Shown here piece by piece: positions 46,331 through 52,864 of a stretch of 52,864 bases of DNA. The position numbers and the translations under genes are program-made. Source of the stretch: Isosphaeraceae bacterium (GTDB lineage Bacteria; Planctomycetota; Planctomycetia; Isosphaerales; Isosphaeraceae); assembly GCA_965201075.1 (NCBI GenBank), contig CBDAVP010000010.1:186001-238864 (forward strand). The letters are read 5' to 3'. The stretch's first letter is position 1. Every line of letters begins with the position of its first letter. Below the pieces are notes generated by a model that made no database searches, was not told the DNA's origin, and saw only the letters and a program-made list of their open reading frames with translations.

Positions 46331-46402
46331 GTCCTCGGGGTGTGGGGGAGCGCACACGACCCTGCGAAGGTCGAGGGCCAGGTTCGACTCCTGGCGAGGA
46401 CA
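46331..46402 (+). tRNA. tRNA-Arg(GCG), rare anticodon
   Basis: GTCCTCG/CGAGGAC-A; CGACC-CTGCGAA-GGTCG; CCAGG-TTCGACT-CCTGG. Confidence 0.82.
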
Positions 46403-46427
46403 TCTCTCTCCGTGGCATCTAGCGAAC

Positions 46428-46498
46428 GAGGCGGGAGCCAGACGGCCAGGCAACCGGCTGCAACCCGGTGGAAGTGGGTTCGACTCCCATCCGCCTCT
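46428..46498 (+). tRNA. tRNA-Cys(GCA)
   Basis: GAGGCGG/CCGCCTC-T (U73); ACCGG-CTGCAAC-CCGGT; GTGGG-TTCGACT-CCCAT. Confidence 0.85.
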
Positions 46499-46692
46499 TC
46501 CCCAACGGTCGGTCCAGACTCCACCTTCCGGAGCGAAGGGGTCCGCAAGGACACGTCCGGTCCAACCCTCGTTGGGGATCTCCGTCTCGGCACGACGCAG
46601 GCGCCCGAGCGGTCCAACATCACAGGATGCCCGCGACCATCGCCACCATCACCAACAGTGTGCGTAGCCGGAATCGTTTCGCAACCGGCGTT
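46499..46692 (+). ncRNA. Candidate structured non-coding RNA at the 3' end of the tRNA array
   Basis: TCCCCAACG/CGTTGGGGA closing stem enclosing CCTTC/GAAGG and GTCC-GCAA-GGAC hairpins; three CGGTCCA motifs; further hairpins. Confidence 0.4.
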
Positions 46693-46711
46693 CCGCGATG
46701 GCCGTGCTCGT

Positions 46712-47164
46712 TCATCGCCCCGCCTTCTCCCTCGCCAGCCAGTAAGCCGCCTCGGCCCGGTAATACCGCATCTTGATGAGCGAGGCCTCGGTGATGTCCG
46801 AGCCCGCCCCGACCGCCAATTCTTCCAGCGGCTTGAGAATCTCAGCAATCCGCGTGTAGTGGGCAGATACGGCGTCCACCCGCCCCGCTTTGTCCGTGGC
46901 GAGGTCACGCTCCGCCTCCATCATCGTGCGGGACCACTCTGTCATATCCTGGAGGACCCGGACGGTGTTAGCCTGCGACGGGTCGGCCGGGCCGGGGGCC
47001 TGAAGACGGTCCTGGACGACCTGGTAATACCTGCGGGCGAGGTCCAGGCGCGCCTTCGCCGCCTCCTCCAGTCCCTGGGGCTGTTTCTGCCGCCCCGCCG
47101 CGACCGCGACGCCGACCAGGATGAGTCCGAGCACCACGGCCACCCGCAGCGGTTCTCGTCGCAT
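46712..47164 (-). CDS. Secreted helical hypothetical protein
   Basis: Signal peptide LRVAVVLGLILVGVAVAA followed by an all-helical body. Confidence 0.75.
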   Translation of the reverse strand: MRREPLRVAVVLGLILVGVAVAAGRQKQPQGLEEAAKARLDLARRYYQVVQDRLQAPGPADPSQANTVRVLQDMTEWSRTMMEAERDLATDKAGRVDAVSAHYTRIAEILKPLEELAVGAGSDITEASLIKMRYYRAEAAYWLAREKAGR

Positions 47165-47514
47165 CGGTACCCTTCGAAGAAGGCGAAGTGGTAGTCGACT
47201 GCAACTCTACTTGGAGCGGGGGCGGGAGGCCATCACGCATCCTCCTCATTGCCGGCGGGTTCAGCGACGCGGTCTTCGGCGTGGTGGCCGCGTTCCTGGG
47301 CGAAGGTCCAAGGCGGTTCGTCGCCGAGGTCGAGGCGATTGAGGTGTGAAAATCGACCTGTCCCTGGATATCCCGATTCCCAATTCCCCGGCGGGCCGTT
47401 GATGGTCCGTCGGGGGATTTCTCATTGACCGACTCGGGCGAAAGGTGGACGTCCTGTTGATAGAATGCCGGGGCCGCGCTTGCGAATCACACCCGACCCA
47501 CGACGGGACCGACG

Positions 47515-48063
47515 ATGAATCGTGCCTTGCTGGTCATTGACGCGCAGAACGAATATTTCGAGGGCGGACAACTGCCCGTCACCCACCCTCACGACCACCT
47601 GGCCAACGTCCTGCGATCGATGGACGCCGCCCGGGAGGCCGGGGTGCCGGTCGTCGTGGTCCAGCACCACTTCCCGCAACCCGAGAGGCCCTTCTTTCAA
47701 AAAGGGACGCCCGGCTGGGAACTGCATCCCGAAGTCGCCGGGCGGCCACGCGACTTCCACGTCGAGAAATCCCTGCCAGGGAGCTTCACTGGCACCGACC
47801 TGGAGGCCTGGCTGCGCGGGCGGGAAATCGACACGGTGACGGTCGCCGGCTACATGACGCACATGTGTTGCGACACCACGGCGAGGCAGGCGGCCCACCG
47901 CGGGCTCAAGGTCGAGTTTCTTTCCGACGCGACGGGCACCCTGCCGTTGAAGAACTCGGCCGGCGAGGTCACGGCCGAGGAGTTGCATCGCTCCACCCTT
48001 TGCGCCCAGCAAATGATGATCAGCGAGGTCATCGACACCGACGGCTGGCTGGCTAGGCTCTGA
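47515..48063 (+). CDS. Isochorismatase-family cysteine hydrolase
   Basis: RALLVIDAQNEYF, EKSLPGSFTGTDL and AGYMTHMCCDTTARQA motifs. Confidence 0.93.
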   Translation: MNRALLVIDAQNEYFEGGQLPVTHPHDHLANVLRSMDAAREAGVPVVVVQHHFPQPERPFFQKGTPGWELHPEVAGRPRDFHVEKSLPGSFTGTDLEAWLRGREIDTVTVAGYMTHMCCDTTARQAAHRGLKVEFLSDATGTLPLKNSAGEVTAEELHRSTLCAQQMMISEVIDTDGWLARL

Positions 48064-48091
48064 GCCAGCGGGTTGCCAGGAGGCCGGCCGA

Positions 48092-48508
48092 TCAGAGTGG
48101 CGCCCCGCATCCCCGGCAGGTCCGCGTTCCCTGTTCGTTCCAGGCGCCGCAGGAGTGTTGGACCTCGGGAACCAGGGCCGGGCCTTCGTCCCTGGCATGG
48201 GGAGAAACGACGTGCGCTTCGACGGTCCGGGGCGGCAAGGCGGGCAACGGGATCGGTTCGGCCGGGGGGGCGATCACGGGAACAGCGAGCGACAGGCTTC
48301 GCAGACCCCACGCTCCCAGGATCAGGCCGAGGGTCAGCAACAGCAGACCCAGCAAGGGGCGCGCCAGGTCGGCCGTGGGGGCGTCGTCCAGAGCCGCGGC
48401 GATGGCGAGGCCCAGACCGGTCAGCCCGATCAGCAGACCGGCGGCCAGCAGCCCTTTCCCCGCCGCCATCCCCTGGGCCGGAGTGGGCAATGGTGGGCGT
48501 TGCGGCAT
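48092..48508 (-). CDS. Small two-TM protein with C-terminal zinc-ribbon-like motif
   Basis: Two hydrophobic helices, then HSCGAWN...TCRGCGAPL. Confidence 0.6.
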   Translation of the reverse strand: MPQRPPLPTPAQGMAAGKGLLAAGLLIGLTGLGLAIAAALDDAPTADLARPLLGLLLLTLGLILGAWGLRSLSLAVPVIAPPAEPIPLPALPPRTVEAHVVSPHARDEGPALVPEVQHSCGAWNEQGTRTCRGCGAPL

Positions 48509-48537
48509 GAAGAGTCTCGAAGCCTCGGGAGGATCGC

Positions 48538-50124
48538 TCAGGCCGCCTCGATCCGCCGGGGCACGGCGCGGCCCGTCTCGGCGCCCGGCTCGTCGCCGCC
48601 TTCTTCATGGTACTCGGCGTCGGTGTTGACCTTCCAGGTGTCGAACCGGCCCTGACCCAGGATGTTCCGCGCGGCCAGCAAGGCCGTCATCATCGAGTGG
48701 TCCTGGTTATTGTACTTGTGCAGCCCATTGCGGCCAGCCAGTTCGAGGTTGCCCAGCTTGCCCAGCCAGTCGCGAATGGTCCGCAGGTGCCCCTGGTAGG
48801 CCTCGTCGTAAACCGGATACGCCTTGGGCATGCGCACGACGCAGCCGTCGATCACCTTGGCGGCGTCAACCAGGCCGATGGTGTCAATCTCTCGGGTCGC
48901 CAGGGCGATGAGGTCGGCGTCGGCCTTGGTCCACAGGTCGTCCCCCTCGAAGCAGAAGTATTCCAGGCCGAGGCTCGACTTGGTGGGGTCGGGCACCATC
49001 GCCGGCGACCAGTTCTTGAAGTTCTGGACGCGCCCAAGCCGGACGTCGGGCTCGTGGATGTAGATCCAGTTATCGGGAAAGGTGTGGGGCTGGTCGACGA
49101 TCAGCACGACCGTCAGGAAGTCTCGATAGCGCAGGGCCTCGCCCGCGGCGCGGACGGCCTCGGGGGCGGCGGGGCTCATGGCGCGGATCAGGTCGCGGAT
49201 GGGAAGCGTGGAGATGAAGTCGCGGCCGAGGTAACGGGTCGATTTGCCCTGGGCGTCGCGGGCGACGACGGCGTTGACCTTCGCCCCGTCATGCTCGATG
49301 GCAATGACCCGGCGGTCGTGATGGATGGCGCCTCCGGCCTGGCGGATCTTGTCGCGGGCGACCTCCCACATCTGACCCGGGCCGAGTCGGGGGTACTGGA
49401 AGCGGTCGATCAACGTCTTGATGACACTGCCGTCCTCACCCCGTTTCTTGGCCCCCGGCAAGGCCGAAAGGACCGCCTTGGTCAGACTCAGCCCTTTGAT
49501 CCGCTGGGCGGCCCACTCGGCGGTGATCTCCTGGGTCGACATCCCCCAGACCTTCTCGGTGTAGGTCTTGAAGAAGATCTCGAACAGGAGGCGGCCGAAG
49601 CGGTTGACCGTCCAGTCCTCAAAGCTTCGCTCCGGGGCGATCGGTCGCAGGCGGGCGCGGGCGTAGCTGGCCAGGATGCGCAGGGATTGCACGGGGCCGA
49701 GCTTGGTGAAGGCGTCGAGGGGCTTGAGGGGGTAGTGGAAGAACTTGCGGTCGTAATAGATGCGACTGAGGCGGGGACGCTCCAGCAATTCGTCGCCGAG
49801 GATCTCCCGCCAGAGGGCGGTGATCTCGGCGCTCTTGGAGAAGAAGCGGTGACCGCCGATGTCGAAGCGATACCCCTTGTACTGATCGGTGCGGCTGATG
49901 CCGCCGACGAGGTGAGGCTCGGCCTCCAGGACGACGCAGCCTCGGCCATGTCGGGTGAGCTCGTAGGCGGCGGTCAGGCCAGCGGGCCCAGCGCCGGCGA
50001 TCACCGTCTCATGGGCGGCGACGACGGCGACGGTTCCGGGTTCCTCGACCTTGGTCCAACGGTGCGGCGGCGGAGTGATCCCCCCCGCGCGGACCGACCC
50101 CGGCCTCGACGTTTCGCTGCCCAT
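48538..50124 (-). CDS. FAD-dependent oxidoreductase (protoporphyrinogen oxidase / UDP-galactopyranose mutase-like)
   Basis: [39 protein letters not shown] and [15 protein letters not shown] motifs. Start approximate. Confidence 0.9.
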   Translation of the reverse strand: MGSETSRPGSVRAGGITPPPHRWTKVEEPGTVAVVAAHETVIAGAGPAGLTAAYELTRHGRGCVVLEAEPHLVGGISRTDQYKGYRFDIGGHRFFSKSAEITALWREILGDELLERPRLSRIYYDRKFFHYPLKPLDAFTKLGPVQSLRILASYARARLRPIAPERSFEDWTVNRFGRLLFEIFFKTYTEKVWGMSTQEITAEWAAQRIKGLSLTKAVLSALPGAKKRGEDGSVIKTLIDRFQYPRLGPGQMWEVARDKIRQAGGAIHHDRRVIAIEHDGAKVNAVVARDAQGKSTRYLGRDFISTLPIRDLIRAMSPAAPEAVRAAGEALRYRDFLTVVLIVDQPHTFPDNWIYIHEPDVRLGRVQNFKNWSPAMVPDPTKSSLGLEYFCFEGDDLWTKADADLIALATREIDTIGLVDAAKVIDGCVVRMPKAYPVYDEAYQGHLRTIRDWLGKLGNLELAGRNGLHKYNNQDHSMMTALLAARNILGQGRFDTWKVNTDAEYHEEGGDEPGAETGRAVPRRIEAA

Positions 50125-50383
50125 GCGCGACCCCCCATCCATCCTGGCTTAGCGGAGCGGCGTCGGGGGTCAATCGTGGTGCGAAGTCCTCCCCGGGCGG
50201 TCCCGGGTCGACCTGTGAGGGCCGAGTTATGGCATCTCCCCCCCCGGCGGTCAAGCCCGGCCGCGCCGCCCCACAGGGCCGTGGATTTCTCCATTGGCCT
50301 CGCAATCGGGCACTGGCTCCGTCGGTACTCCGCCGGTGCCTGCCCCCCATTCCGGGGCCCGGTGGGCGGCGTGGGAGGGGACA

Positions 50384-50797
50384 TCAGGCGGCGGTTTCGA
50401 GGATCGCCGAGGCTCGCTCCATCAGGGCGGAGGCCAGGCTCGCGCCCTCGGCGGGCGTCGTGCGCAGGCTCATGGCCCGCTCGAATCCGTGGACCAGCGC
50501 CACGTCGAGTTCCCCGTTGCGGACGTAGAACCCCTCGATGGCCAGGAGCAGGCAGCGCAACCCCAGCTCCCGATAACCCTTGCGTGCCAGCAAGGCCCGC
50601 AGGCAGGCGAACATCGCCTCGTAACGAAACAGGGCCACGTCGGTCGAGTCCCCCTGGCCAGCCGCCACAAGGTCGGACGCGGCGGCCAGTCGGTCTCGGG
50701 CGAACGCCAGCAGCCTGCCGACCCGTCCCGGGGCCTCGGGGTCGTGGGTCAGGTAGGGGCTATCCAGGCACTTGGGCAGGGTGTTGATGATGGCCAA
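50384..50797 (-). CDS. HEPN-like hypothetical protein
   Basis: ARDRLAAASDL...YEAMFACLRALLARKGYRE resembles the HEPN (UPF0332-like) core. Confidence 0.6.
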   Translation of the reverse strand: MAIINTLPKCLDSPYLTHDPEAPGRVGRLLAFARDRLAAASDLVAAGQGDSTDVALFRYEAMFACLRALLARKGYRELGLRCLLLAIEGFYVRNGELDVALVHGFERAMSLRTTPAEGASLASALMERASAILETAA

Positions 50798-50841
50798 GGG
50801 CTCAAACCTCGCGACCAGACCAGGAAGACAGGCGGTTCGGT

Positions 50842-52505
50842 TCAGGAGGCGGGTGGCGGGTCCCCCTCGGGGGGCAGGTAGAGTTCCGGCAACCGGGGCT
50901 GGGTCGGGAGCGGTTCGGAGGCGTCGCCGTGAGCCGAGGCCGCCGCGGGCGGCTCGCTGGCGGCGGCCGAGGCCCTCAGGTCATCGAGCGCGGGGCCGGC
51001 CCTCAGTCCCAGGCCAACCACCAACGCGGTGCAGGCCAGCAACGGAACCCAGACGCCCAGCGGAGCCGTTCTCAGGGTCGCTCCGGCCTTGGGGGATCGG
51101 AAGAACAGGGCCCGCAGGACCCGGACATAATACACCGCCGAGACCACCGTGTTGAGCAGGCCCACGCCCACCAGCCAGGCCAGCGGAGCGCGACGGGTCC
51201 GGGACAGATCCAAAGCCTCGGCGAACATCGCCAGTTTGCCGACAAACCCCGCCAGCGGGGGAATCCCAATCAGCGAAAGCAGCAGGATCGCCAGGCAGGT
51301 CGCCAGCAGGGGAGACCGCGAGGCGAGGCCGTTGAGGTCGTCCACCTCGTCGGCGTCGAGGTCGCGGGCCAGCCAGGTCGCCGCCGCGAACGCCCCGAGC
51401 GTGCCGGCGGCGTAGGCGATCAGGTAGTAATAGGTGGCGCCGGCGGCCGCCGAGCCCTGGGTCGAGACCCCCGCCGCCAGCACCCCCACCAGCAAATAGC
51501 CCGCCTGGGCGATCGACGAATACCCCAATAACCGCTTGAAGTTGCGCTGACCCAGCGCCGCCAGGTTCCCCACGGTCATCGTCGCCGCCGAGACCACCGC
51601 GAGCAGCCCAACCCAGCCCGGAGACCACCAGGGATCGCCCGGCCCGCCAGCCCAGGGGCCCAGCGCCAACCTCAGCAAGTTCAGCAGGGCGGCCACAGAC
51701 GCGACCTTGGAACCAGTCGCCACCCAGGCCCCGACCGGCGCGGGGGCACCTTCATAGGCATCGGGGGCCCACTGGTGGAACGGAACGACCGAGAGTTTGA
51801 ACCCCAGCCCCACCAGGACCAAAACCAACGCCGTCGCCCCGGCCACGTCGCCACCCAGGGCCCGGCCCGTCCGCAGCGCCTCGGCGATCGCCGGGAACCG
51901 CGTCGAACCGGTCTGGGCATAGATCAGGCTCAGGCCAAACAGGAACAGCGCCGAGGAAACCGAGCCGAAGACAAAGTATTTCAGGCCCCCCTCGGCCGAG
52001 CGGGCGCGGCCCTTCTCGAACGCCGTGAGCAGGTAAAGGCACAACGCCATCGTTTCCAGACCAAGGAACAGCACCAGCAGTTCTCGGGCGGCCACCAGCA
52101 GCATCATCCCCGCCGCCGACCAGAGAATCAGCGCATAGTATTCCCCCAGCGGGCGGTGAAGTCCCACGCCGTCGACAGGGCGACCACTCCCAGCATCAAG
52201 ACAACCAACGTCGCGTCCAGCCGGTCGACCAGTCGGCCGACGGCGATCGACCCCGAGGCGATCGTCCCGCCAGCGTCTCGGAGACGTCCCCCGGCCAGTT
52301 CCGGAGCGGCGATCAGCAGCAAAGCCGTCAGTCCCCCGCCAAGGGTCAGGCCGCCGAGGAAGGCGCGTCGGAACCGGCTGGAGGCGTGCCGCAACGGGCC
52401 AATGTCGGCGATCAGGACGAGGAGCCCCCAGGCCACCAGGAAGATTTGGGGCCCGAAGTCGCCGGGGGACGGGGGCCCGAGGCTCAGAGTGGCGGGAACC
52501 GGCAT
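50842..52505 (-). CDS. nuoN: NADH-quinone oxidoreductase subunit N (frameshift at the C5 tract 52143-52147)
   Basis: GEYYAL, LFLGLET, EGGLKYFVFG, FKLSVVPFHQWAPDAYEGAP, KRLLGYSSIAQAGY and SLIGIPPLAGF. The N-terminal TMs lie in a different frame. Confidence 0.88.
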
Positions 52506-52518
52506 CGACGCGCTCCTT

Positions 52519-52851
52519 TCAGCCGGCCAGGCCATCAAAGCGGTCAACGTCGGCCGCCCGCCAGCGTCGGTAGCAGAGCAGAACGAGGCCAATCCCCACG
52601 GCGACCTCGGCGGCGGCCACGGCGATCACGAACAGGGCGGTGATCTCGCCGGTGAGCGGCCCTTCCCCCTCCGGAGGCGTGCCCAGCCGCCAGCCGGCGA
52701 CGAAGATCACGTTGGCCGCGTTGAGCATCAGTTCAATCGCCATCAGGACGGCGATCGCGTTGCGGCGGGCGAGAACTCCGTAGAGCCCCAGCGCGAAGAC
52801 GCCCGCCGCGAAGTACAGAAACCATTCCAGGGGGATGTCGTGGTGGCTCAA
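52519..52851 (-). CDS. nuoK: NADH-quinone oxidoreductase subunit K
   Basis: GLYGVLARRNAIAVLMAIELMLNAAN...AVAAAEVAVG. Confidence 0.95.
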   Translation of the reverse strand: MSHHDIPLEWFLYFAAGVFALGLYGVLARRNAIAVLMAIELMLNAANVIFVAGWRLGTPPEGEGPLTGEITALFVIAVAAAEVAVGIGLVLLCYRRWRAADVDRFDGLAG

Positions 52852-52864
52852 TGCGACCCACTCG

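Noticed and set aside
43891..46498. Suppressor, Sec or Pyl tRNA in the array
   Set aside because: No TCA, CTA or TTA anticodon is centred in any 7-nt loop; CTCAAAC, CTCATCA and CTGTTAA read as CAA, CAT and GTT.
43938..47194. Many listed ORFs across the tRNA array (e.g. 43938-44471, 45152-45694, 45924-46667, 46166-47194)
   Set aside because: Translations are not protein-like, and recurring GSNP/VRLP/RFDS strings are translated T loops.
43400..47200. Prophage or integrative element carrying the array
   Set aside because: No integrase, phage or conjugation genes, and no flanking direct repeats visible.
29828..50787. Long + strand shadow ORFs (29828-32209, 32260-33693, 35737-37647, 48607-50787)
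   Set aside because: All lie antisense to well-supported genes and have no motifs; expected from GC3 bias.

Overview
High-GC bacterial chromosomal window that looks planctomycete-like (Isosphaeraceae-type; inferred from DUF1501, PSD1/DUF1549-DUF1553, DUF1559 and prenyltransferase-repeat genes). Most of it is housekeeping or signalling: glcE-like, hicAB, pcrA, pdxJ, dapA, ArsR, gcvPA/gcvPB/lipoate ligase, FHA, MoxR, lgt-panD-panC-ferredoxin, a four-gene two-component cluster, a PSD1-DUF1501-beta-helix-GT-C operon and nuoK-nuoN. The standout is a 2.6 kb + strand array (43891-46498) of 28 tRNA or tRNA-like genes, folded by hand, covering 19 amino acids (no Thr). Many are non-canonical: a D-armless Pro, four lacking U33, 6-bp D-stems, a short-arm Leu, an odd Met and a rare Arg-GCG. 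None encodes CCA, and 21 of 28 are followed by CT. Upstream lies a candidate ribosome-dependent attenuator (SD, 33-codon leader ORF, competing helix, intrinsic terminator). The array contains a boxA-like site and is followed by an unexplained structured RNA. Together these suggest an attenuation-controlled, translation-stress tRNA operon (inference). Several single-base frameshifts, e.g. in nuoN, may be assembly errors.
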